Virus genome (UHGV): UHGV-0278542
DNA length: 44,996 bases
Direction: 5' to 3' (one strand)
Source of the DNA: a virus
A model generated the notes under the pieces. The model was not told where the DNA came from and did no database searches. It was given only the letters and a program-made list of their open reading frames with translations. This document shows, piece after piece, positions 30,665-39,269 of the stretch (its first letter is position 1; each line of letters begins with the position of its first letter). Made by a program: the position numbers and the translations under genes.

Positions 30665-30928
30665 TCACTCCTTCACTTTTATTCCAGCGGCGCGGATGGT
30701 CTCTACATCGCTTTCGTATTGCGATTCTGCACCTGAGTCATAGCCAATGTGATAATCACCGGGAAGTGGGCCTTTCTTTGGCTTTTGCAGCTCAATCTCG
30801 ATAGCTGCTCGCGATGCCTGCCACGCTTGCCAATACATCTCAACCATATTGGCGTATATTTTATTTTTAGGATCACATCCGGTGTAATTTTCAAACCATT
30901 CTTCAAACTGCTTTCTTGATTCGTCCAT
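30665..30928 (-). CDS. Hypothetical nin-region protein (87 aa)
   Basis: ORF with ATG at 30928, same-strand operon. Confidence 0.45.
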   Translation of the reverse strand: MDESRKQFEEWFENYTGCDPKNKIYANMVEMYWQAWQASRAAIEIELQKPKKGPLPGDYHIGYDSGAESQYESDVETIRAAGIKVKE

Positions 30929-30945
30929 CGATACTTACCCTCAGT

Positions 30946-31152
30946 TCAACTCACAAAACGCCACGCCATTTTTGCTACAGCTACAGGCGCAACACCGATA
31001 ATCACCCACAGGAAAATGCTACCGAAAAGCACACCCACCAGGTCTTTACCTTCGCCTACCAACCGGACAAAACTGCTGGCAACCACAATGAATGTCGCCA
31101 CCATCCACATAGCACCGAGAATCCTCAATGCAGAGAAAATTAACTCAGCCAC
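30946..31152 (-). CDS. Small membrane protein (68 aa, two hydrophobic segments), GTG start
   Basis: GTG at 31152 preceded by GGGGAGAG; strongly hydrophobic sequence. Confidence 0.4.
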   Translation of the reverse strand: MAELIFSALRILGAMWMVATFIVVASSFVRLVGEGKDLVGVLFGSIFLWVIIGVAPVAVAKMAWRFVS

Positions 31153-31167
31153 GATTTACTCTCCCCC

Positions 31168-31198
31168 AAATAAAAAGGCCTGCGATTACCAGCAGGCC
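31168..31198 (-). terminator. Intrinsic terminator in the nin region (tR2-like position, just after ren)
   Basis: Reverse-strand RNA ggccugcugguaaucgcaggccuuuuuauuu: 8-bp GC stem, 7-nt loop, U-tract. Confidence 0.6.
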
Positions 31199-31224
31199 TG
31201 TTATTAGCTCAGTGATGTAGATGG

Positions 31225-31515
31225 TCATTGCCTTACCTCCATAAGCGCCCTATTAATAAACGCCGTCATTGGATTTGCACATCCCCACCCCGTACCATCT
31301 GGATTTCTTTTAATTGGCTCCTTCTTCACTTTGCGTTTTGCATAAATAACCGTCTTCCACTTACGCTCAACAACACTCAAATGCCCTTGTTTCACCATAT
31401 GCCTTGCTGCTTGAGCGATTCTGTTATTTGGTATTCCGGTAATCAGTGCTAATTCATGTGGGGAGAATTGTTCATGAGTTTTCAGATATTCCAGGATGAT
31501 TTCTTTTCCAGTCAC
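31225..31515 (-). CDS. ren: Ren-like protein
   Basis: 96-aa ORF beginning MTGKEIILEYL... (GTG start), resembling my recollection of lambda Ren; immediately follows the replication genes. Confidence 0.5.
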   Translation of the reverse strand: MTGKEIILEYLKTHEQFSPHELALITGIPNNRIAQAARHMVKQGHLSVVERKWKTVIYAKRKVKKEPIKRNPDGTGWGCANPMTAFINRALMEVRQ

Positions 31516-32357
31516 GATCTGCTCCTGTAACTATCCCATGTAAACGCAAGGGTGCATCCGCCGCCATCATTCATCCTGTCAATAACACGCTCACCAATGA
31601 ATGCAGACAGTTCATCTTTGCTCTGGTTGCTAATCAGGATTGTTGGCTTCATGCGCTCGTAGCGGGTGTTGATGATTTCGAACATGATCATCTTTTCCGC
31701 CTCGCTTCCAAACTGCACACCAACCTCATCGATAATTAGCAGGTCAGGTTTAGTGAACTGTCGGATCACTTCATCCTCTGTGCGGGTGGAGTTTTTCGAC
31801 CATGTTGATTTATATTCTCTGGCAATTTTCAGCGCCGTTGTGAAAATAGCTGAGCTTTGATGTTCCGTAATTGCGTGCCGGGCGATAGCCAGTGCAAGAT
31901 GATTCTTTCCAGTACCAGGCTTTCCACACATAACCAGCCCACCGCCTTTCTGTAACCTCTCAGGCCATTTGCTGGCGTATGCCTGACACACCCTGAGCAC
32001 TCTCTTTGCATCGTCGTTGACTGGCTCGTAGTTCTGTAGTGTGCAACCCTTGAATCGTTCAGGAATATCAAGATTATTCAACAGAAACTCGACATTGCGC
32101 TTACGTGATTCCTCGTCGATTTTAATCTTCTCTGCCTGTAGCCGAATAAGCTCATCTCTCATGCATTCCGGGCATTCGCTAGGTCTTGAGGCAAACTTAA
32201 TTGGCCCAGTCGAGTAACGGTTACGCTGCTCAAACTCACCATGTTTTTCACAGATGCCAGTGCCAATTTCTACAGCTGTATGCTCGATAGCAATTGGCGG
32301 AGAACTCAATTCTGCAAGCTTTTTCTCCAGTTGGGAGATCTTTTCATCCAGCGTCAT
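31512..32357 (-). CDS. DnaC-type helicase loader (occupies the position of lambda P)
   Basis: Walker A GKPGTGKNHLA and Walker B LLIIDEVG; ATG at 32357 with AGGAG RBS. Confidence 0.75.
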   Translation of the reverse strand: MTLDEKISQLEKKLAELSSPPIAIEHTAVEIGTGICEKHGEFEQRNRYSTGPIKFASRPSECPECMRDELIRLQAEKIKIDEESRKRNVEFLLNNLDIPERFKGCTLQNYEPVNDDAKRVLRVCQAYASKWPERLQKGGGLVMCGKPGTGKNHLALAIARHAITEHQSSAIFTTALKIAREYKSTWSKNSTRTEDEVIRQFTKPDLLIIDEVGVQFGSEAEKMIMFEIINTRYERMKPTILISNQSKDELSAFIGERVIDRMNDGGGCTLAFTWDSYRSRS

Positions 32358-32359
32358 GT

Positions 32360-33202
32360 TCACTCCTGCGCCCATGAAGGCATTTCAGTTTGTCCGTAAT
32401 CTTTGGTGGCAAAGTTTTCCTGCATAGCTCTATGCTGCGGCCTCGGTTGAGATTTCCCCTTTGGAGTCTTGGGCTCAAAAATCCCCTGCCAACCACTGGC
32501 GATGCTCTGGTTTATAATTTCTTCAGGTGTATATCCCTTCTCCAGACTTCTGCTTAGAACGTTGATAGCCTGAGTGACACTTTGCTTAGACTTGATCGAC
32601 TTACCTATCTCCTTGCGATAGGTAACCCACGACAACCATGTTTCTGCTGATAACCAATCAGGCAACTCTGTTTCTAGCGGGTCGAACTTCTGAGAAACTT
32701 TTTTGGGGGATATAGGGGGTTTATTAATATTTTCTTTTGTCTTTAAAGAATGTCTTTTGTGTGTCTCTAACTTCGAGACATTGAGTGTCTCTAATTTGGA
32801 GACATTCTTTGTCTCTAACTTCGAGACAAAGTTGCTAACTTGGAGACACTTGCTGAATTGCCACGCAGATACCTCACTGTTTACACCGATTTGATTTCCA
32901 TCCATAAACAGGCAATTCATTGAAATCAGTTCTTTTTTAGCCTTGTTAACATTCTGCCTTGACAGTCCTGTTAACTGAGCAATTTGCTCATCGGCTATTC
33001 GATCTGTTTTCTTATTGAATCCATATGTTTTCCGGACGTAGGCCAGCATAACTTTCAACTGGCGAGCGGTTAAATCGGCACTTGCGATAGCTTCCAGCAG
33101 CTCGTTAGCGAATCTGGTGTAACCATCATCGATATCAGCCACTCTTCGCTCCTGTTCAACAGGTTCACTCTTCGGCAGGTAAAATACTTCAGCCAGGCTC
33201 AT
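32360..33202 (-). CDS. O: Replication initiator O-like protein
   Basis: N-terminal RRVADIDDGYTRFANELLEA...RQLKVMLAYVRKTYG resembles lambda O; iterons lie inside the coding region; ATG at 33202 with GGAGG RBS. Confidence 0.7.
   Translation of the reverse strand: MSLAEVFYLPKSEPVEQERRVADIDDGYTRFANELLEAIASADLTARQLKVMLAYVRKTYGFNKKTDRIADEQIAQLTGLSRQNVNKAKKELISMNCLFMDGNQIGVNSEVSAWQFSKCLQVSNFVSKLETKNVSKLETLNVSKLETHKRHSLKTKENINKPPISPKKVSQKFDPLETELPDWLSAETWLSWVTYRKEIGKSIKSKQSVTQAINVLSRSLEKGYTPEEIINQSIASGWQGIFEPKTPKGKSQPRPQHRAMQENFATKDYGQTEMPSWAQE
32762..32848. repeat. Origin iterons: three 19-bp palindromic repeats (tgtctctaa(c/t)tt(c/g)gagaca) plus a partial fourth, next to an AT-rich stretch (about 32700-32760)
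   Basis: Direct repeats at 32762-32780, 32786-32804, 32810-32828 and partial 32833-32848, located inside the O-like gene as in lambda ori. Confidence 0.75.
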
Positions 33203-33833
33203 TTCCAACCTCCGCATCAAAGCATTGGGCTTCAAGAGACTTAACCATCACCACACTGCCATCTGTATTAATAACTATCGATGAGTTATATTTGCTTATC
33301 AGTTGCTTCGCGTAATCAATTCCGGCGCGAATAAGGAAATTTTTCACCGCAGGAAGATGACCAACTACACTACCCAGACCTTGCTCTATAAGCTCCTCAT
33401 TAAGATCAAGCTCATTTTCATGGCGAAAAGAAATGAATGAGTCGTAAATTGCGTATTCTGCCGTCTCGCCATTTCTTTCAGGGCCAACCAGCGCCCTTAT
33501 TTCATTTAGAGATTCAGAAAGCTCATTATCTTCAAGCTTGAAAAACTCTCGATTATCACTAAGCCTCTCTTTTGCAAAGGCTTTATGAATGAGTTTTTCA
33601 TCTGATGCGGGATTATTTGAATGAAAGGCAGCTATCACCTTAAATGGCTTAGGAACGCCAGTAGAGGCTGAAATTTCTTTAGCCCTAACTTCTGGTGAAT
33701 GCTTAGTCATCCCAATCTTATAAATTCCTGGCATGCACTCATTCGAAAGCACATAAACAAAGCCATTTGATTTAAAATCATCTGGCACCTTCATGCTCTT
33801 CAGAACCTGGAATTTGTCATTTTCGTATGTCAT
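33189..33833 (-). CDS. T5orf172/GIY-YIG-like domain protein (214 aa) inserted between cII and O
   Basis: N-terminal NGFVYVLSNECMPGIYKIGMTKHSPEVRAKEISASTGVPKPFKVIAAFHSNNPASDEKLIHKAFAKERLSDNREFFKL fits the T5orf172-type pattern; AGGAG RBS; 3' end overlaps the O start by 14 nt. Confidence 0.55.
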   Translation of the reverse strand: MTYENDKFQVLKSMKVPDDFKSNGFVYVLSNECMPGIYKIGMTKHSPEVRAKEISASTGVPKPFKVIAAFHSNNPASDEKLIHKAFAKERLSDNREFFKLEDNELSESLNEIRALVGPERNGETAEYAIYDSFISFRHENELDLNEELIEQGLGSVVGHLPAVKNFLIRAGIDYAKQLISKYNSSIVINTDGSVVMVKSLEAQCFDAEVGNEPG

Positions 33834-33867
33834 AATTACTCCTGTGGATTGATCCAGTCTTTCTACA

Positions 33868-34146
33868 TCAGGCCTCGAAGAATTCGCCGTTCTTCGGGGC
33901 TTTTTCTTTTATCAGCATTCTGGCTACTTGCTTAGCCAGTTCCGCCAACTCCTCGTCTTCAACACCCCATTCAAGAACAGCCAGAAGCATGGCCATCTTT
34001 GGGATAAAGCTGTCTTTCCATCGCGAAATTTGCGATTCATTAATCCCTAACGCGTCGGCAACCTTTCGCTGACCACGTACAGCAATTCGATTCAGGATGT
34101 TGCTTGTAATTGCATTCGCTTTCTTGCGAGTACTTGTAAGTTGCAT
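33868..34146 (-). CDS. cII: Transcriptional activator CII-like
   Basis: ATG at 34146; ...GINESQISRWKDSFIPKMAMLLAVLEWGVEDEELAELAKQVA resembles lambda CII; located between nutR/cro and the replication genes. Confidence 0.65.
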   Translation of the reverse strand: MQLTSTRKKANAITSNILNRIAVRGQRKVADALGINESQISRWKDSFIPKMAMLLAVLEWGVEDEELAELAKQVARMLIKEKAPKNGEFFEA

Positions 34147-34225
34147 ATGTAAGTATTTCCTTAGATAACAATTGATTGAATGTATGCAAATAAATGCATA
34201 CACCATAGGTGTGGTTTAATTTGAT

Positions 34226-34257
34226 GCCCTTTTTCAGGGCTGGAATGTGTAAGAGCG
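34226..34257 (-). promoter_or_regulatory. nutR (boxA CGCTCTTACACATTCCA, boxB GCCCTGAAAAAGGGC)
   Basis: Reverse-strand sequence matches lambda nutR boxA/boxB, directly downstream of cro. Confidence 0.85.
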
Positions 34258-34264
34258 TGGTTAT

Positions 34265-34474
<210 letters not shown>

Positions 34475-34491
34475 TTAGTACATGCAACCAT

Positions 34492-34555
34492 TATCACCGC
34501 CAGAGGTAAAATAGTCAACACGCACGGTGTTAGATATTTATCCCTTGCGGTGATA
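34492..34555. promoter_or_regulatory. Right operator OR1-OR2-OR3 with divergent PR (to cro) and PRM (to cI)
   Basis: 17-bp sites at 34492-34508 (OR1, tatcaccgccagaggta), 34516-34532 (OR2) and 34539-34555 (OR3) match lambda operators. Confidence 0.9.
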
Positions 34556-34562
34556 GATTTAA

Positions 34563-35279
<717 letters not shown>

Positions 35280-35429
35280 TGGGCAAGGTGTTCTGGTCGG
35301 CGCATAGCTGGTGAAAAAATTATTTAATGCGGTGTATTGGCTGATTGTAACCCCATGTAACATCTTGCCGTCACCATTTCGGTGGTTAGATTTTTAATAA
35401 AAAAAAACAAATGTATAGCAAGGTTTTTT

Positions 35430-35909
35430 ATGGATAAAATTAATTACCCACCCCTGTTTGAGCCAGGGTTCCATGACATGGATGAAGCTGGATTAAAATC
35501 GTATTGTGTCGATTGCTTTCCTTCATCATCCAGGCGAGGCATGCTATACTGTAATTTTATACAGCTACTCGAATCTATTCGAGAATTATCTGCTCAATAT
35601 GGCTGTTTTACAGAAATATGGGTTGATGGTTCATACACCACGTCTAAACCAGAGCCTGATGATATTGATATTTTGTTGGTATGTGACTATAGCAATATAA
35701 ACTCAATACCTGTCATGCTTCGGGGCCGCGTCGATAATTTGCTTGACCGAAACTACATCAAACAAAACTACAAAATTGATGTCCTACTACTCATGAAGAA
35801 TTTAGATGACCCTAACTATGATTATGAGTACTGGCGTAGTTACTGGCGCGGTTGGTTTGGTTTTGATCGCAGTGAAAACCCGAAAGGGTTAGTGAGGATT
35901 TTTTTATGA
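35430..35909 (+). CDS. Hypothetical protein with a minimal nucleotidyltransferase-like motif, first gene of a two-gene operon in the rexA position
   Basis: ATG at 35430 with AAGG RBS (track ORF starts at 35382); motif EIWVDGSYTTSKPEPDDIDILLV fits hG[GS]-x9-DxD; AT-rich; co-oriented with and downstream of cI. Confidence 0.55.
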   Translation: MDKINYPPLFEPGFHDMDEAGLKSYCVDCFPSSSRRGMLYCNFIQLLESIRELSAQYGCFTEIWVDGSYTTSKPEPDDIDILLVCDYSNINSIPVMLRGRVDNLLDRNYIKQNYKIDVLLLMKNLDDPNYDYEYWRSYWRGWFGFDRSENPKGLVRIFL

Positions 35910-36838
35910 ATGATAAATCAATGTTTAAAAATTGCGATAAACGCATTGATTTCATTCAAAAAGAAGTCGATGCAATGAAGCAAAACAAAACCAGGTCCTT
36001 TGCTGACATGCTTCTTTATCGCTCCATGGATTCTCATCTGAGCGATTTGAAGGCCGAAAAATTAAAGCAAGATAGTCGGCACCCACTTATCGATTTTTTT
36101 GAGCTGCGGCTGAAAGGCTCTGAGGTTGACTTTGGCTCTATTCCTTTAGAGCTGCTTGGGGCTATTTCAACAAATCTTGCAGCGCTAATACAAAGAGCAA
36201 CACACAAAATTGCCTCAGGCAAGGACTCAAAAAAAGTTCCCTACGACGTGAAAAGCTCCTTAAACCTCAGGCTGGCTGATTTATCCCCTGGGTCTACAAA
36301 ATTGGGCGTCACCTTCTCTACAGGAATAGCAGAATTAGTAGAAACAGTACCCAGCAAGGCTGTAAAAGGCATATTCGATTTGTTGTTAAGCGATGACGAC
36401 AACAACTTCATGAATCACGTCGCTGAAATTGGATACAATTCCACTGTAAGCCTTAAGAGAATCGTAGAGGAATGCGATAAACACAACTTAACATTTGATG
36501 CAAGTTGGACCGGTCCATTTAGTAATGGCACCAAGGTGGCAACTATTGACTCCAATAAAATTAAGTACTTGGTGAGTAGACTTACATCAACCATTTCATC
36601 CCCTCCCATTACTGAAACGGTTACAGGCGAACTGGTCGTTCTATCCAAATATGGGAAGCTGGAGCTTGATGTTGGTGGTGAACATTTAAAGGCTTCCTAT
36701 CCGATTGAAATGCTAGATTTAATACAAAAAAAACACAAGGTCGGACAGATTGTTTCTCTTTTAGTGGAGACTACTGAGATTCACAATGATCGCATAGGTC
36801 TGTACCGTAAAAACCATCTTGTTAAATCGGTTCTTTAA
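35906..36838 (+). CDS. Hypothetical protein (310 aa), second gene of the operon in the rexB position
   Basis: ATG at 35906 overlaps the upstream stop (ATGA), GTGAGGA RBS; no recognisable motif beyond a single Rx4H (YRSMDSH). Confidence 0.55.
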   Translation: MNDKSMFKNCDKRIDFIQKEVDAMKQNKTRSFADMLLYRSMDSHLSDLKAEKLKQDSRHPLIDFFELRLKGSEVDFGSIPLELLGAISTNLAALIQRATHKIASGKDSKKVPYDVKSSLNLRLADLSPGSTKLGVTFSTGIAELVETVPSKAVKGIFDLLLSDDDNNFMNHVAEIGYNSTVSLKRIVEECDKHNLTFDASWTGPFSNGTKVATIDSNKIKYLVSRLTSTISSPPITETVTGELVVLSKYGKLELDVGGEHLKASYPIEMLDLIQKKHKVGQIVSLLVETTEIHNDRIGLYRKNHLVKSVL

Positions 36839-36845
36839 TATCTCA

Positions 36846-36872
36846 CCCGGCCACCGCGCCGGGTTTTCTTTG
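36846..36872 (+). terminator. Intrinsic terminator ending the cI operon (timm-like)
   Basis: cccggc-caccgc-gccggg hairpin followed by TTTTCTTT, 8 nt after the stop of the 310-aa gene. Confidence 0.65.
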
Positions 36873-37022
36873 CCTCACGATCTCCCCACCTAAAAAAACA
36901 TAACTCATTGTATTTATTGAAAAATAAATAGATACAACTCACTAAACATAGCAATTCAGATCTCTCACCTACCAAACAATGCCCCCCTGCAAAAAATAAA
37001 TTCATATAAAAAACATACAGAT

Positions 37023-37085
37023 AACCATCTGCGGTGATAAATTATCTCTGGCGGTGTTGACATAAATACCACTGGCGGTGATACT
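37023..37085 (+). promoter_or_regulatory. Left operator OL3-OL2-OL1 and promoter PL (-35 TTGACA 37057-37062, -10 GATACT 37080-37085)
   Basis: Operator half-sites and ttgacataaataccactggcggtgatact match lambda OL/PL. Confidence 0.9.
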
Positions 37086-37124
37086 GAGCACATCAGCAGG
37101 ACGCACTGACCACCATGAAGGTGA

Positions 37125-37155
37125 CGCTCTTAAAAATTAAGCCCTGAAGAAGGGC
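37125..37155 (+). promoter_or_regulatory. nutL (boxA CGCTCTTAAAAATTAA, boxB GCCCTGAAGAAGGGC)
   Basis: Matches lambda nutL, located between PL and N. Confidence 0.85.
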
Positions 37156-37327
37156 AGCATTCAAAGCAGAAGGCTTTGGGGTGTGGTGAAGGGTTCATGG
37201 ATGGGAATATGTCGCACGTAAAGCGGCGAGGCCTGCGGAACTATTGCCGAATTGAAGTCGGCCGAAGCAGGTCGAAATGGGTCTCCCACCTACCACACCA
37301 CCAAAGCTAACTGACAGGAGAATCAAG

Positions 37328-37654
37328 ATGGATGCACAAACACGCCGCCGCGAACGTCGCGCAGAGAAACAGGCTCAATGGAAAGCAGCAAATCCCCTGT
37401 TGGTTGGGGTAAGCGCAAAACCAGTTAACCGCCCTATTCTCTCGCTGAATCGCAAACCGAAATCACGAGTAGAAAGCGCACTGAATCCGATAGACCTTAC
37501 GGTGCTGGCTGAATACCACGAACAGATTGAAAGCAACCTGCAACGTATTGAGCGCAAGAATCAGCGCACATGGTACAGCAAGCCACGCAGTGAAATGGGT
37601 GTGACTTGTGTTGGTCGCCAGAAAATGAAATTAGGCAGCAAACCACTTATTTGA
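37328..37654 (+). CDS. N: Antitermination protein N (lambda)
   Basis: MDAQTRRRERRAEKQAQWKAANPLLVGVSAKPVNRPILSLNRKPKSRVESALNPIDLTVLAEYHEQIESNLQRIERKNQRTWYSKPRSEMGVTCVGRQKMKLGSKPLI matches lambda N; AGGAG RBS. Confidence 0.92.
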   Translation: MDAQTRRRERRAEKQAQWKAANPLLVGVSAKPVNRPILSLNRKPKSRVESALNPIDLTVLAEYHEQIESNLQRIERKNQRTWYSKPRSEMGVTCVGRQKMKLGSKPLI

Positions 37655-37662
37655 GGTGAGAT

Positions 37663-38133
37663 ATGACAAAATCATGGAGTGTACCTTTTCCTGAATCAGA
37701 AACTGAACATGATGGAATGCCTGTTTTCTGGAGATTCCAGGCGACAGTTGAAGAAGATGGAATCAAAATATTCGCACTTCAATATATAGCTTTTCATCAG
37801 ACAGAGCATTATGCATGGTTGGTTCCTGCGCATTGGATTGTTAATTTTAAACCAGCACCAAATCAGTGGTTACAGGAATGGAAACAAAAGAGAAATAGAT
37901 ATGCAATTAAGAAAGTAGCAAAAAATGCAGAAAGATCTTTTGCATTCCCAACGAAGAAACTTGCCATTGAAAGTTTATTGCGCCGGAAGAAATACCATTT
38001 AATGAGAATCAAACAAGATTTGGCTGTTGCATCAACTCTTGTTGATGGGATGAAGAATATTGATACATCAACACCAGATATTGAATATAACTTTGGACAC
38101 AACCAAGAAACAGAAAATTGGGTATTTTATTAG
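37663..38133 (+). CDS. Hypothetical protein (156 aa) immediately downstream of N (lambda ral/sieB position)
   Basis: ATG at 37663 with GAGGTGAG RBS, 8 nt after the N stop; AT-rich; no match to lambda genes that I recognise. Confidence 0.5.
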   Translation: MTKSWSVPFPESETEHDGMPVFWRFQATVEEDGIKIFALQYIAFHQTEHYAWLVPAHWIVNFKPAPNQWLQEWKQKRNRYAIKKVAKNAERSFAFPTKKLAIESLLRRKKYHLMRIKQDLAVASTLVDGMKNIDTSTPDIEYNFGHNQETENWVFY

Positions 38134-38276
38134 TACAAATAAGCACTGTGTATTCATTCCAACGAGTGAATACACGGAGCAATGTCGCTCGTAACTAAAC
38201 AGGAGCCGACTTGTTCTGATTATTGGAAATCTTCTTTGCCCTCCAGTGTGAGGGCAATTTTTTTAACGGGGGAAAT

Positions 38277-39245
38277 ATGAGTGAAGTAACAGATTTAGTT
38301 GTTATTGAAAAAGCAAATGCAATGACTGTATTTCAGTCTGCCGATCAGATTGAAGAAATCCTTCAAAAGGTTGAACGTGAAGTTATGTCCTTTGTGCCTG
38401 ATATCACAACGGCAAAGGGAAGAAAGGAGATCGCTTCTCTGGCGTATAAAGTTGCGCAGACGAAAACATATCTCGATGGTCTTGGCAAAGACCTTGTTGC
38501 TGAACTGAAGGAAATTCCAAAGCTAATTGATGCTAACCGCAAGACAGTGCGTGATCGCCTTGATGAGCTGAAAGCCAAGGCACGCCAGCCTCTTACTGAT
38601 TATGAGGAAGAACAGGCGCGGATTAAAGCCGAAGAAGAAGCTAAGGCAGCAGCTGAAGCTCTCGCAAAGCAAATTGAGTCTGACCATGAAATAGCGATTT
38701 TGATGGATCGCGAATTTGACCGCCAAAGAGAAGAGGCAAGACTCAAAGCGGAGCAGGAAAAGCGAGAGCATGAAGAACGCTTAAAAAGAGAAGCTGAAGA
38801 GAAAGCCAGAGCTGAAGCCGAAGCAAAGGCAAAAGCCGAAATTGAAGCAGCAGCAAGGCGAGAAGCAGAAGCTAAGGCCGCAGCGGAACGTGCAGAGCGT
38901 GAACGCATTGAAGCCGAGCAACGAGCACAGCGCGAAGCAAAAGAGGCAGCAGAACGAGCTGAAAGAGAAAAGCAGGCAGCAATTGAAGCAGAACGCCGAA
39001 AAGCACAGGAGGAGGCAGAACGAATCCGGCGCGAGGCTGAAGCAAAAGAGCAAGCCAGAATAGCAGAAGAAAAAAGAATCAAGGACGAAGAAGAGCGTAG
39101 AGCAAAGGATAAAGCTCACCGGAGAGAAGTAAATAACAAAATACTTGCTGACCTTATCAAGGTTGGCGCATCAGAAGATGTTGCTAAAAATATCATAATA
39201 GCCATCGCAAAAGGCGAAGTATTCGCAACAAAAATAACCTACTAA
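38277..39245 (+). CDS. Charged coiled-coil protein with a long Glu/Ala/Lys/Arg-rich low-complexity core
   Basis: ATG at 38277 with GGGGAAAT upstream (track ORF from 38223); EAKAKAE-type repeats over about 150 residues. Confidence 0.5.
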   Translation: MSEVTDLVVIEKANAMTVFQSADQIEEILQKVEREVMSFVPDITTAKGRKEIASLAYKVAQTKTYLDGLGKDLVAELKEIPKLIDANRKTVRDRLDELKAKARQPLTDYEEEQARIKAEEEAKAAAEALAKQIESDHEIAILMDREFDRQREEARLKAEQEKREHEERLKREAEEKARAEAEAKAKAEIEAAARREAEAKAAAERAERERIEAEQRAQREAKEAAERAEREKQAAIEAERRKAQEEAERIRREAEAKEQARIAEEKRIKDEEERRAKDKAHRREVNNKILADLIKVGASEDVAKNIIIAIAKGEVFATKITY

Positions 39246-39269
39246 TAAAACCAACATAAGGAACCACCC

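Noticed and set aside
35506-35700. Alternative-frame 64-aa ORF nested in the first rex-slot gene
   Set aside because: Same strand but wholly inside the better-supported ORF, no RBS; a frame artefact of AT-rich sequence.
36873-37022. Possible small ORF or RNA between the cI-operon terminator and OL
   Set aside because: AT-rich spacer with no ORF of meaningful length or obvious structure; treated as the normal intergenic spacer upstream of OL/PL.
38363-39119. Reverse-strand ORFs 38363-38578, 38523-38771, 38600-39082 and 38781..39119 (Ser/Ala/Cys/Phe-rich)
   Set aside because: They are antisense to the GAA/GCA/AAG-rich repeats of the coiled-coil gene; their low-complexity translations are the expected artefact of that repeat DNA.
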